Shown here piece by piece: positions 20,831 to 30,612 of a DNA stretch of 64,000 nt. Position 1 is the stretch's first letter; every line of letters starts with the position of its first letter. The notes under the pieces were generated by a model. The model did no database searches. It saw only the letters and a program-made list of their open reading frames with translations, and had not been told where the DNA came from. Source of the DNA: Chitinophaga pinensis. GTDB lineage: Bacteria; Bacteroidota; Bacteroidia; Chitinophagales; CAMDFR01. A program made the translations under genes and the position numbers. The DNA lies in the NCBI GenBank assembly GCA_945897725.1, contig CAMDFR010000013.1, forward strand, positions 2,969 through 66,968. The letters are read 5' to 3'.

Positions 20831-22207
20831 ATGACAGAGCATTTTAAATTATCAGATAGAGCCAGAAACGTATTTTTTGGAATGATTGCACTGGGTGTGA
20901 TTGGAATGATATTCACTTTTTTCCTTTACCCTGAGAATCATCATAGTCGTTTTTGGTCAAACCTTTTGTTGAATACATATTTATTTACCGGAATTAGTCT
21001 GGTAGGATTGTTTTTTGTAGCTGGTCATCAGCAAGGCTGGGGAGGTTGGATTACAGCATTAAAAAGAGTGCCAGAAGCCATTGCGTCCTTTATTTATGTT
21101 ATTGCTTTTTTTGGTGTTCTTATTATTATAGGTACCTATCTAGATTGGCATAATCTTTATGCTCACTGGAGTCAACATCAGGATGAGCCAGCAATTAAAG
21201 GTAAATCAGCATTATTGAATAAGAATACATGGTCTGCAATAAATTTAATTTTCTACGGACTATGGGTTTTATTGATTTTCTGGTACAGAAAAACATCACA
21301 GGATGAAGATAATGGAACTGTATATGCTTCTAATTTAGTGAAACTTAGAAAAATAGCTGCAATTTTCCTGGTTGTATTCGGTGTATCTGAGTCAATTTTT
21401 TCATGGACTTTTGTAATGTCAATTGATCCTCATTGGTACTCTACATTGTTTGGATGGTACAATTTTGCAAGTTATACTTGTGCAGGTATCGCGTTTATGG
21501 TTTTGATTGTCCTGTATTTAAAAAGTAGGGGCTACCTTAAATTGGTAAACGAAAATCACTTACATGATTTAGGAACTTTTATGTTCGGCTTTACAGTATT
21601 TTGGATGTACTTGTGGTTCTCACAATTTATGTTACAATGGTATGCTAACGTTCCGGAAGACACTATTTTTTGGACAAAAAGATGGAATGTAGGTTGGTTT
21701 AAATTTTGGTTCTATGCGGTTTTAGTTTTAAACTTCTTAATACCATTTTTGTTCCTATTAGGAAGGGGTGCGAAAAGAAGAAACGGTAGAATGATTTTAA
21801 TGGCATTAGTCATCATTTGCGGTCATTACATGGATTTTTATAATTTGATTATGTATGAGCCCAATGCCATTGAACACGAGCATAAAGCAGAGACAGAAAA
21901 GAAAGAATCTGCTTTAATGAAACAAGGAAATGTATTATACGCTCAGGCGGATCATGGAACAAGTGATTCAAAAATGGACGAAAAAAAGGTTGAAGCGAAA
22001 GGCGACGAAATATCTCACGAGCATAAAAGTGAGGGACATGGCGAAGAGGCAGAAACTCATCATGCTGGATTAGGTTTTCCTGAAATTTCTATCTTTCTTG
22101 GCTTTATTGGAATGTTCTTATTCTGGGTATTTTCAACTTTAAGTAAAGGATCTTTGGTGCCAACAAATGATGCTTATTTAAAGGAAAGTATGAATCACCA
22201 TATTTAA
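20831..22207 (+). CDS. actF: Alternative complex III subunit ActF (second NrfD-like membrane subunit)
   Basis: Polytopic membrane protein in the canonical position. Carries a His/Glu/Lys-rich insertion near the C-terminus (nt 21872-22069). Confidence 0.78.
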   Translation: MTEHFKLSDRARNVFFGMIALGVIGMIFTFFLYPENHHSRFWSNLLLNTYLFTGISLVGLFFVAGHQQGWGGWITALKRVPEAIASFIYVIAFFGVLIIIGTYLDWHNLYAHWSQHQDEPAIKGKSALLNKNTWSAINLIFYGLWVLLIFWYRKTSQDEDNGTVYASNLVKLRKIAAIFLVVFGVSESIFSWTFVMSIDPHWYSTLFGWYNFASYTCAGIAFMVLIVLYLKSRGYLKLVNENHLHDLGTFMFGFTVFWMYLWFSQFMLQWYANVPEDTIFWTKRWNVGWFKFWFYAVLVLNFLIPFLFLLGRGAKRRNGRMILMALVIICGHYMDFYNLIMYEPNAIEHEHKAETEKKESALMKQGNVLYAQADHGTSDSKMDEKKVEAKGDEISHEHKSEGHGEEAETHHAGLGFPEISIFLGFIGMFLFWVFSTLSKGSLVPTNDAYLKESMNHHI

Positions 22208-22222
22208 AAAAAATAGATAACT

Positions 22223-23407
22223 ATGACAACTATATTAGGAATTATTATTATTGTTTGTATTCTGCTGGTTATATTTTATGTAGCAAGGACAGTAGAGCTT
22301 ACAAAGGAATTGAAGGGAGAGGCTGACGATACAGAGTCTACTAGCAATGTTCAAGGATATTTGATGTTGGGTTTCCTGATTGCATTTTTTATTGGTATAA
22401 CATGGAGTTCGATCTATTTTATTCCAAAAATGTTACCTGCTCCATCATCCGTTCATGGGGTTGAAGTAGAGAAATTATTTAACATGACTTTGTTCTTTAC
22501 AGGAATTGTTTTTGTGGTAACACATATTGTTCTTTTCTGGTTTGCATTTAAATATAGAGAGAAAAAAGGAGCAAAAGCATATCATTTTTCTCATAGCAAT
22601 ATGCTTGAGTTATTATGGACGGCTATTCCTGCAGTTGTGATGTTAGTATTGGTGGTGAAGGGTTTGGTTACTTGGTTAAGTATTTTCCCAGATACTAAAA
22701 CACTTACAAAAGATACGATGGTAATTGAAGTTACTGCACAGCAATTTAAGTGGAATATAAGATACCCTGGTGTAGATAAAGATTTCGGTTCAAGAAAAAT
22801 CGACACTGCACATATTGGAATTGCCACGCCAGATGTTTGGTGGAAAAATGAGCTTGGAATTGATTGGACTGATAAAGCTAGTCATGATGATTTTTTTGCC
22901 GATACTTTATATTTGGTAAAGAACAAACCAGTATTGATGAAATTGGGTGCTTTGGACGTATTACATAGTTTTTATCTGCCTCATTTTAGAGTAAAGATGG
23001 ATTGTGTACCCGGTGTTCCTACTACCTTTTATTTTATTCCTAACGAGTCAACAGTTGAGAAAAGAAAGTTATTAAGTAAATTGCCTGAATGGCAAAAAAT
23101 AAATCCTGAAACAGGTTTGCCAAAGTATGCAACTTTTAATTTTGAGCTTGCTTGTGCAGAATTGTGTGGTAGATCTCACTATAATATGCAGAGGTATGTA
23201 ATGGTTGTAGAGCAGGCTGAATATGACGCTTGGGTCTTATCTCATACACCAATATACGCAGCAGTAGAAAAGGCACAAAATGATGCATTAGCTAAATTAA
23301 ATGGTAGTGAAACATCGAATGCTATTCTTTCAGATTCGTTGAAGGTGGCTGTAGATTCTCAACTAGTAGTTGAATTAGCTAGTAACGAAGTAGTTTTAGA
23401 AAAATAA
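22223..23407 (+). CDS. ctaC: Cytochrome c oxidase subunit II (CuA subunit, no fused cytochrome c domain)
   Basis: CuA ligand set H..(DVLHSFYLPHF)...CAELCGRSHYNM. Two N-terminal TM helices. No CxxCH motif anywhere in the protein. Confidence 0.9.
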   Translation: MTTILGIIIIVCILLVIFYVARTVELTKELKGEADDTESTSNVQGYLMLGFLIAFFIGITWSSIYFIPKMLPAPSSVHGVEVEKLFNMTLFFTGIVFVVTHIVLFWFAFKYREKKGAKAYHFSHSNMLELLWTAIPAVVMLVLVVKGLVTWLSIFPDTKTLTKDTMVIEVTAQQFKWNIRYPGVDKDFGSRKIDTAHIGIATPDVWWKNELGIDWTDKASHDDFFADTLYLVKNKPVLMKLGALDVLHSFYLPHFRVKMDCVPGVPTTFYFIPNESTVEKRKLLSKLPEWQKINPETGLPKYATFNFELACAELCGRSHYNMQRYVMVVEQAEYDAWVLSHTPIYAAVEKAQNDALAKLNGSETSNAILSDSLKVAVDSQLVVELASNEVVLEK

Positions 23408-23453
23408 ATCGAAAAAGGTATTTTCCAATATATAAATTAATTCATAGTTAATT

Positions 23454-25250
23454 ATGGCAACAGAAGAAGTAGTAAACCTGCATGCAGAAGCTCATCATGA
23501 TGCGCATGACGAGCATCATCCAGAAACTTTTCTGACAAAATATATTTTTAGTCAGGATCATAAAATGATTGCTAAGCAGTTTCTTTACACAGGCATGTTT
23601 TGGGCAATCGTTGGAGCATTTTTATCCATTCTATTCCGCCTTCAATTAGGTTGGCCTGATACAGCTTTTCCTTTCTTGGAAACAATACTAGGTAAATGGG
23701 CCGAAGGAGGTAAAATTAGTAATGACTTCTATTATGCTTTAGTAACAATGCACGGAACTATTCTAGTATTTTTCGTTTTGACAGCAGGATTAAGTGGTAC
23801 TTTCAGTAATTTACTTATTCCCTATCAAGTTGGAGCAAGAGATATGGCCTCAGGTTTCATGAATATGCTTTCCTACTGGTTTTTCTTTTTATCAGGAGTT
23901 GTAATGTTTTGTTCATTCTTTGTTCACACTGGACCGGCATCAGGTGGATGGACCGCTTATCCTCCTATCAATGGAATGAGAGATGTTGCCATAAACAAAG
24001 GCTCTGGATTGGGATTGGATTTATGGATTATAAGTATGGCCTTATTTATCGTTTCTGTTTTATTAGGTGGTCTAAATTATGTAGCAACAATTCTGAATCT
24101 GCGAACAAAAGGGATGACTATGTGGAGAATGCCACTTACTATTTGGGCTTTTTTATTTACAGCAATATTAGGAATCTTATCTTTCCCGGCCCTATTAGCA
24201 GCTGTTGTTTTAATGAGTTTTGATAGATTGGCTGGTACAAGTTTTTATCTTTCTGATATTGTTGTCAATGGACAATTACTATCTCATCATGGAGGATCGC
24301 CAATTTTGTTTCAACATCTTTTTTGGTTCTTAGGTCATCCAGAGGTATATATTATTATTGTTCCAGCAATGGGTTTGGTGAGTGAGGTATTATCTGTGCA
24401 TGCAAGGAAGCCAATTTTTGGCTACAGAGCAATGGTCTTTTCATTGATGGCAATCACAGTGCTTGCTTTCTTAGTTTGGGCGCATCATATGTTTGTTACT
24501 GGTATGAATCCATTTGCCGGTTCTATCTTTGTATTATTTACATTAATTATTGCTGTTCCTTCTGCAGTGAAGGTTTTTAACTGGATTACGACTATTTGGA
24601 GAGGTAATATTAGACTTAACCCAGCCATGTTGTTTGCAATTGGTTTTGTATCAATGTTTATTTCTGGTGGATTGACAGGAATTTTCTTAGGTAACTCAGC
24701 AATTGACATTCCTCTTCATGACACGTATTTTGTGGTAGCTCACTTCCACATTGTGATGGGCGTTGCAGCATTTTTTGGAATGTTTGCGGGTGTATATCAT
24801 TGGTTTCCTAAAATGTTTGGACGTCATATGAATGATACGATGGGGTATATTCATTTTTATGGAACACTGATTGGTGCTTATGCCATTTTCTTTCCAATGC
24901 ACTTTATGACTGGTATTCCTCGTCGTTATGCAAGATTTGATAGCTTTGAGTTTGCAAATAACTTTGGCGGTTTAAATAAGTTTATCAGTATTGTAGCTAT
25001 GATTGTATTTGTATTGCAATTGATGTTTGTATTGAATGTGGTATATAGTTCGCTAAGAGGAAGAAGAATGAAATCTTTAAACCCTTATGGCGCAACAACA
25101 TTAGAATGGACAACTCCAATTGAACATTTTCATGGAAACTGGGCTGGTGAAATACCTGAGGTACACAGGTGGCCTTATGATTATGCTACAAATGGTCAAG
25201 AGTATATTACACAAACAACGCCTTTATCTGAAGACGAACTTGCTCATTAA
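23454..25250 (+). CDS. ctaD: Cytochrome c oxidase subunit I
   Basis: Heme-copper oxidase signatures WFFGHPEVYI-type (LFWFLGHPEVYIIIVP), HHMF, and VAHFHIVM. 12 or more TM helices. Confidence 0.97.
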   Translation: MATEEVVNLHAEAHHDAHDEHHPETFLTKYIFSQDHKMIAKQFLYTGMFWAIVGAFLSILFRLQLGWPDTAFPFLETILGKWAEGGKISNDFYYALVTMHGTILVFFVLTAGLSGTFSNLLIPYQVGARDMASGFMNMLSYWFFFLSGVVMFCSFFVHTGPASGGWTAYPPINGMRDVAINKGSGLGLDLWIISMALFIVSVLLGGLNYVATILNLRTKGMTMWRMPLTIWAFLFTAILGILSFPALLAAVVLMSFDRLAGTSFYLSDIVVNGQLLSHHGGSPILFQHLFWFLGHPEVYIIIVPAMGLVSEVLSVHARKPIFGYRAMVFSLMAITVLAFLVWAHHMFVTGMNPFAGSIFVLFTLIIAVPSAVKVFNWITTIWRGNIRLNPAMLFAIGFVSMFISGGLTGIFLGNSAIDIPLHDTYFVVAHFHIVMGVAAFFGMFAGVYHWFPKMFGRHMNDTMGYIHFYGTLIGAYAIFFPMHFMTGIPRRYARFDSFEFANNFGGLNKFISIVAMIVFVLQLMFVLNVVYSSLRGRRMKSLNPYGATTLEWTTPIEHFHGNWAGEIPEVHRWPYDYATNGQEYITQTTPLSEDELAH

Positions 25251-25270
25251 TTTATAGAGTCTATTCAAGA

Positions 25271-26170
25271 ATGACAAAAACTAAAAATATACAACTAAGC
25301 CTTCGAGATCTTGTGATAAACAAGGTGAAGGATTATTATATGTTGTTTAAAATTGGATTAAGTAATTTAGTTGTTTTTTCTGCAGTCATTGGATATTTTG
25401 TAGGCTCATCTCATTGGGATTTATTGTCCGTTTTTGTAATTGCACTAAGTGGGTACATGATTACAGGTGCATCTAATGCCATTAATCAAATTATAGAGAA
25501 AGACATAGATAGGCTTATGGACAGAACCTCCAATCGTCCATTGCCTACGGAAAGAATGCAAATGCTAGAGGCTATTTTGGTCACTGGCTTGGTTGCAGTG
25601 GGGGGGCTTGTATTGATTACACTTTACTTCAACTCAACCGCTGGATTATTGTCTGCTATATCATTAATTAGTTATGCTTTTATCTATACACCATTAAAAA
25701 GAATTAATACTATTGCTGTTTTTGTTGGTGCGATTCCAGGTGCTTTACCTCCTATCATTGGTTATGTTGCCGCGAATCATGGTCAAATTAATCAATTTGC
25801 GATTCTAATCTTCATGATTCAGTTTATATGGCAGTTCCCTCATTTTTGGGCGATTGCTTGGGTGAAATTTGAAGATTATAAAAAAGCAGGCATTATGTTG
25901 TTGCCAAGTAAAGAGGGAAAAAATCAATACAGCGCACTTATGAATGTTATCTATGTGATAGCTTTAATTTTTGCAGGATTTTTACCATATGTCTTTGGAT
26001 ACGTAGGAATCAAAGGAACAATTGTATTGACTATAAGTGGTTTGTTTTTTTTAGCTCCTGCTGTTCGATTGTACCTTACACAAGAAGATAAAGATGCAAA
26101 AAAACTTATGTTTGCTTCTTTCTTCTACCTACCAATAAGTTTGTTTGTAGTGTTATTTGATAAAATTTAG
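25271..26170 (+). CDS. cyoE: Protoheme IX farnesyltransferase (heme O synthase)
   Basis: UbiA-family motifs NQIIEKDIDRLMDRTSNRPLP and a polytopic profile. Sits inside the oxidase cluster. Confidence 0.92.
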   Translation: MTKTKNIQLSLRDLVINKVKDYYMLFKIGLSNLVVFSAVIGYFVGSSHWDLLSVFVIALSGYMITGASNAINQIIEKDIDRLMDRTSNRPLPTERMQMLEAILVTGLVAVGGLVLITLYFNSTAGLLSAISLISYAFIYTPLKRINTIAVFVGAIPGALPPIIGYVAANHGQINQFAILIFMIQFIWQFPHFWAIAWVKFEDYKKAGIMLLPSKEGKNQYSALMNVIYVIALIFAGFLPYVFGYVGIKGTIVLTISGLFFLAPAVRLYLTQEDKDAKKLMFASFFYLPISLFVVLFDKI

Positions 26171-26174
26171 ATTA

Positions 26175-26786
26175 ATGGACATATCAGTAAAGAGCAATCA
26201 GCCAATTAAAGCTACCGTAGGGATGCATCCAAAGAAATTTATGATGTTACTAGGTATGGTTTCTATGTGTATGTTATTCGCAGCATTGACAAGTGCTTTG
26301 ATAGTGAAGAAGGCAGATACAGTGTCATGGAAAAATTTTGTATTGCCTTCAAGTTTTTTATATAGTACCATCGTAATACTGATTAGTAGTGTTTTCCTTC
26401 AAATATCTTATAGTCTATATAAAAAGTCAAAGGAGTCTTATAGATTAGCAATGTTGGCCACTTTAGCTTCTGCCATAGTATTTTGTTTGTTGCAATACCA
26501 AGGTTGGATGCAGTTGACAAAAATCGGTGCCCCACTATCTGGTAATGTTTCGGGTTCATTTGTATACTTGGTGACTGGTTTTCACGTTGCACACTTATTA
26601 GGAGGAATGGTGGCGCTCCTTATTACAACGCTGATGCATTTTTTAAGATCCAAACCAAAGAATGAGGTGGAGATGAATGTCGCGTTGGAGTCCACGGTAA
26701 ATTATGAAGTTTTACTCATTTTTTGGCATTTTTTAGGGGCACTATGGGTGTACCTTTATTTATTTTTGTTCATTATTTATAATTAA
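26175..26786 (+). CDS. Heme-copper oxidase subunit III-like protein (first of two)
   Basis: Five-TM protein with the FHVAHLLGG and WHFLGALWVYLY motifs characteristic of subunit III. ATG 26175 avoids an overlap with cyoE. Confidence 0.7.
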   Translation: MDISVKSNQPIKATVGMHPKKFMMLLGMVSMCMLFAALTSALIVKKADTVSWKNFVLPSSFLYSTIVILISSVFLQISYSLYKKSKESYRLAMLATLASAIVFCLLQYQGWMQLTKIGAPLSGNVSGSFVYLVTGFHVAHLLGGMVALLITTLMHFLRSKPKNEVEMNVALESTVNYEVLLIFWHFLGALWVYLYLFLFIIYN

Positions 26787-26795
26787 TATATTCAT

Positions 26796-27491
26796 ATGGA
26801 AACAGCTTCAGTTAAGCAAAGTGAAAAGAGTCTATGGAATGGCGGATATTCACCATTCAAGATAGGTTATGGCAAAATCATGATGTGGTATTTTTTGATC
26901 AATGACACATTCACTTTTGCTTCGTTTTTGTTAGCTTACGGTGCGGTAAGATACACGAATCTTGATATTTGGCCTAATGCCAGTGATGTATTTAAATCTG
27001 TGCCTATCAAAGCTTTTGGATTATCAGAAATGAATCTTCCACTTGTCTTTGTAAGTATTATGACGTTTATTTTGATTTTTTCATCTTGGACGATGGTAAG
27101 AGCTGTTCAAGAAGGTTTTCAAATGAACAAAAAAGGTGTCATTAAATGGTTGATTCCAACTATTATTGGTGGTTTAATGTTTTTAGGATGTCAGTACCTA
27201 GAGTGGACACACTTGATTGAAGAAGGCATGACATTAACCTATTGTCCCTTTGGATTAACGCATAACGGAGATCCCGTAAGTTTTGGTGCATTATTCTTTT
27301 TGATCACAGGCTTCCATGGCTTGCACGTTTTGTTTGGAGCATGTTTGAATATTTGGTTATTGTATGAAACTGCTAAAGGAACATTTGAGAAACGTGGACA
27401 CTATGAAATGGTTGAAAAAGTAGGATTGTTCTGGCACTTTGTAGATTTAGTATGGGTATATGTATTCTTGTTTTTCTACCTTCTTGGATAA
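26796..27491 (+). CDS. ctaE: Cytochrome c oxidase subunit III
   Basis: GFHGLHVLFG and WHFVDLVWVYVF motifs. Confidence 0.85.
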   Translation: METASVKQSEKSLWNGGYSPFKIGYGKIMMWYFLINDTFTFASFLLAYGAVRYTNLDIWPNASDVFKSVPIKAFGLSEMNLPLVFVSIMTFILIFSSWTMVRAVQEGFQMNKKGVIKWLIPTIIGGLMFLGCQYLEWTHLIEEGMTLTYCPFGLTHNGDPVSFGALFFLITGFHGLHVLFGACLNIWLLYETAKGTFEKRGHYEMVEKVGLFWHFVDLVWVYVFLFFYLLG

Positions 27492-27537
27492 AAATATCAA
27501 TAAATAAATAATTAATAAAAAAGTAAATATAAAAGTT

Positions 27538-27888
27538 ATGGCACACGAACACGGTCATCCAATACCAGAAGCAGAATATAAGAAAGATGTGAGTTCAGTA
27601 ATGAAAATGATTATTTTCTTAGGAATTTTAACAGTGGTGGAGGTAATATTTGCCTTGGTGTGGAATCATTTTGGTGGTCCCAAAAGACCATTGAATATTA
27701 TTCTTATCGTTGTAAGTTTGGTGAAGGCGGTTTGTATCATGGGTGTTTTTATGCACGTAATTCATGAGACTAAAGGTTTTAAATACACGATTTTGATTCC
27801 TTTTACCTTTCTAATTTGGGCGATTATTGCATTTTTATGGGAGGGTAACTGTTGGCATAATTATCAGTCTCTAATTAATTTCTTTTAG
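27538..27888 (+). CDS. Cytochrome c oxidase subunit IV family small membrane protein
   Basis: 116 aa with three TM helices, in the last position of the oxidase structural genes and followed by a terminator. Confidence 0.65.
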   Translation: MAHEHGHPIPEAEYKKDVSSVMKMIIFLGILTVVEVIFALVWNHFGGPKRPLNIILIVVSLVKAVCIMGVFMHVIHETKGFKYTILIPFTFLIWAIIAFLWEGNCWHNYQSLINFF

Positions 27889-27904
27889 GCAATTATAAAT
27901 AGAG

Positions 27905-27931
27905 AAAGTCCTGCTTGTCAGGACTTTTTTA
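27905..27931 (+). terminator. Rho-independent terminator after the oxidase structural genes
   Basis: AGTCCTG-cttgt-CAGGACT followed by T6. Confidence 0.75.
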
Positions 27932-27987
27932 TTCTCTTTTGAACATAATACTTAGAAATTGTATTATAGCATATAAATACATGAAAA

Positions 27988-28707
27988 ATGGCGATGAATA
28001 AAAAAATGGCAATTTCATCAGTTGTCGGAGTCATAATTGCAGTATTGATTCCTCTGAGTGCAGTTCTTTTCTTTAAATTTAAGGAACAGGCCCGCAAAAT
28101 CGTTGAGTTTCCACGTACTTATTATCCTATTGGATGGGATACTGCCCATGACGAGTCAGGAAAGATTGAGTTAAATAAAAAGGGGAATATAATGATGGAT
28201 ACATTTTATCATAGTGTGCCTCCTTTTGAATTTATGTCTCAAGATGGTCAGCTGTTTAAAAGCGAATCACTGAAGGGTAATTTATACGTGGCAGAGTTTT
28301 TTTTCTCAAGCTGTCCTGGTATTTGCCCAATCATGAATGGAAACATGCAAAGAGTACAAAAGGAATTTTTGGGTGATGATAATGTTAAAATAGTTTCTTT
28401 TTCTATCGATCCAGAAAGAGACTCAATCAAGGCATTAAAAATCTACGCAGATAAGATGAATGCAATTTCGGGTAAGTGGTATTTTTTAACTGGAGATAAG
28501 CAAAGTATTTTTGATTTAGGTAAGCAAGGATATAAACTAACTACTCAACAAGGCGATGGCGGTTCAAAGGATTTTGAACATAGCGATAAAATGATTTTGA
28601 TAGATGCTGACGGTCATATAAGAGGCTATTATAATGGAACAGATTCTACTTCTGTGAAAGATATGATGGGTGATATGGTGTTAATACTTAGTAGAATGAA
28701 AAAGTAA
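27988..28707 (+). CDS. SCO1/SenC family copper chaperone (thioredoxin fold)
   Basis: N-terminal TM anchor, CPGICP copper-binding motif, and a distal His (DFEHSDKMILID). Confidence 0.9.
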   Translation: MAMNKKMAISSVVGVIIAVLIPLSAVLFFKFKEQARKIVEFPRTYYPIGWDTAHDESGKIELNKKGNIMMDTFYHSVPPFEFMSQDGQLFKSESLKGNLYVAEFFFSSCPGICPIMNGNMQRVQKEFLGDDNVKIVSFSIDPERDSIKALKIYADKMNAISGKWYFLTGDKQSIFDLGKQGYKLTTQQGDGGSKDFEHSDKMILIDADGHIRGYYNGTDSTSVKDMMGDMVLILSRMKK

Positions 28708-28720
28708 AAAAGGATTTAAA

Positions 28721-29275
28721 ATGATAAAACAAGTCATACCAAAAAATGATAAACTAGCCTATTGGCTAATCGGTGTACTTTCTACAGTAGTTTTTGTAGT
28801 AGTCGTAGCATTAGGGAAGTTTAAATTATCCCCAAGCATATTAGGCTTTGACCCACATATTTTTGCTACCATTAATTCTTACCTAAACACTTGTGTAACT
28901 GTTTTACTGATAGCTGGATTGTATTTTGTAAAGCAAAAAGATTATAAAACACACAGAAATGTAATGATGATTGCGATGGTTTATTCAAGCTTGTTTTTGA
29001 TTTCCTACATTTTACATCATCTGTTTACAATGGATACACATTATGGAGGCCAAGGTTTTTTAAAGTATATTTATTATTTTATTCTAATCACACATATTCC
29101 ATTGGCAGCCATCGTACTTCCATTCATACTGTTGTCGACATACAGAGGTTTGACAGGAGACTTTGCTAAACATAAAAAAATAGTCCGCATCACCTATCCC
29201 ATATGGTTGTATGTCTCTATAACAGGTGTATTGGTTTATTTACTTATTTCTCCATACTATGTTTCTCATCTCTAG
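28721..29275 (+). CDS. DUF420 (CtaM-like) membrane protein
   Basis: About 180 aa with four TM helices, in the usual position next to SCO in oxidase clusters. Conserved His-containing helices (HRNVM..., ITHIPLA). Confidence 0.75.
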   Translation: MIKQVIPKNDKLAYWLIGVLSTVVFVVVVALGKFKLSPSILGFDPHIFATINSYLNTCVTVLLIAGLYFVKQKDYKTHRNVMMIAMVYSSLFLISYILHHLFTMDTHYGGQGFLKYIYYFILITHIPLAAIVLPFILLSTYRGLTGDFAKHKKIVRITYPIWLYVSITGVLVYLLISPYYVSHL

Positions 29276-29346
29276 TTTTTTGTTATCTTTCTTAAATACT
29301 ACAAATTTTCTTTTTCGCATTTTTATTACATTAGTTTTGTGTCATA

Positions 29347-30222
29347 ATGGTCAATGCTATGAGTGAAATAAAAGCACAAGAAAGATTGCGTAAGCCTGAA
29401 TGGTTAAAAGTTCCTATTCCTTCTGGGTTGGATTATGTCGGTGTTAAAAAGGCTGTCCATGATAATAAATTGCACACTATTTGTGAAAGCGGTTCCTGTC
29501 CAAATCAAGCAGAATGTTGGAGTGCAGGTACAGCTACGATCATGATACTTGGTAATGTTTGCACTCGCTCATGCCAATTTTGTAATGTTGCTACTGGCAA
29601 GCCAGAAGCAGTTGATATTGCAGAGCCACATAGGGTAGCACAAAGTATCAAAACCATGGGTTTGAAACATGTAGTACTTACTTCTGTAGATAGGGATGAC
29701 TTGATTGATGGCGGTTCAAAGATTTGGGCGGCTACCATCAGAGCCATTCGTAAACATGCGCCGGGAGTGACGATAGAAACTTTGATACCAGATTTTCAGG
29801 GCAAGGAAGAACAATTAGATAGAATTATTGAGGTGGCACCAGAAATTGTTTCGCATAATATCGAAACGGTTAAACGATTGACACGTGAAGTTCGTGTACA
29901 AGCCAGATATGAAAGGAGTCTAGAAGTTCTAACCTATTTAAAAAAAGGAGGAATAGCCAAAACCAAAAGTGGATTGATGTTGGGTATGGGAGAAACAGAT
30001 ATTGAAATTGAAGAAACACTGAAGGATTTAAGAATGGCAGGTGTTGAGATAATTACTATTGGACAATATCTTCAACCGACTAAAAAGCATCTGCTAGTGC
30101 AACGCTACGTACATCCAGATGAATTTGCTAAGTATAAGGAATGGGCTATAAATTTAGGTTTCACTTTCGTTGAAAGTGGTCCTTTGGTTCGTTCTTCCTA
30201 TCATGCAGAGAAGCATATTTAG
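29347..30222 (+). CDS. lipA: Lipoyl synthase
   Basis: N-terminal cluster CESGSCPNQAECW, radical-SAM CTRSCQFCNV, and C-terminal RSSYHA. Confidence 0.95.
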   Translation: MVNAMSEIKAQERLRKPEWLKVPIPSGLDYVGVKKAVHDNKLHTICESGSCPNQAECWSAGTATIMILGNVCTRSCQFCNVATGKPEAVDIAEPHRVAQSIKTMGLKHVVLTSVDRDDLIDGGSKIWAATIRAIRKHAPGVTIETLIPDFQGKEEQLDRIIEVAPEIVSHNIETVKRLTREVRVQARYERSLEVLTYLKKGGIAKTKSGLMLGMGETDIEIEETLKDLRMAGVEIITIGQYLQPTKKHLLVQRYVHPDEFAKYKEWAINLGFTFVESGPLVRSSYHAEKHI

Positions 30223-30400
30223 ATTTCTGGCGTCTTCCAATTTAAGTCTTTACATTTTTTGTTTCTGCTGTGCCTATTTTTATAAATGGCCTTCTCATAA
30301 AACGATGTTAACATATTTCAATGTTATGAATGGTTGACTGATCATTGAATAATACCCGAGATATACGTTTGTTCAGAAAGATTGATGTTGAATTGGTATT

Positions 30401-30503
30401 TCTGCGTGAGGTACTGGGAGCAGTATCGCCGATCCTTCGGCATACTGCAGAAGGACCGACAGCGGCTTGGGCTGTTGAAAGCCGGTGGCACGCCCCTCCT
30501 TTG
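30401..30503. repeat. GC-rich multi-hairpin intergenic element, copy C
   Basis: GCAGTAT-C-GCCGA-tcct-TCGGC-ATACTGC (30420-30448). It has the same stem / bulged-C / stem layout as copies A and B, followed by GGCTT...AAGCC and CGCCCCTCC. This accounts for spurious ORFs 30308..30550 and 30373..30612. Confidence 0.6.
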
Positions 30504-30554
30504 TATTTGACTGGTTGATTATGTTTCCTGTATTTTTTGACATCATGCATTCAA

Positions 30555-30587
30555 TTGAGAAGGGAAAGATTTTTTTTGTTATATTTG
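30555..30587 (+). promoter_or_regulatory. Candidate Bacteroidetes-type promoter for the T9SS adhesin gene
   Basis: TTG at 30555-30557, a 22-nt spacer, then TATATTTG (TAnnTTTG) at 30580-30587. Lies 26 nt upstream of the ATG. Confidence 0.3.
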
Positions 30588-30612
30588 ATACACTTAAACA
30601 AAATATGTTCAA

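Noticed and set aside
22223-23407. Suspicion that oxidase subunit II lacks a CuA centre, which would make it a quinol oxidase.
   Set aside because: The full CuA ligand pattern is present (His in DVLHSF, then CAELCGRSHYNM), so this is a cytochrome c oxidase-type subunit II. Only the caa3-type fused heme c domain is absent.
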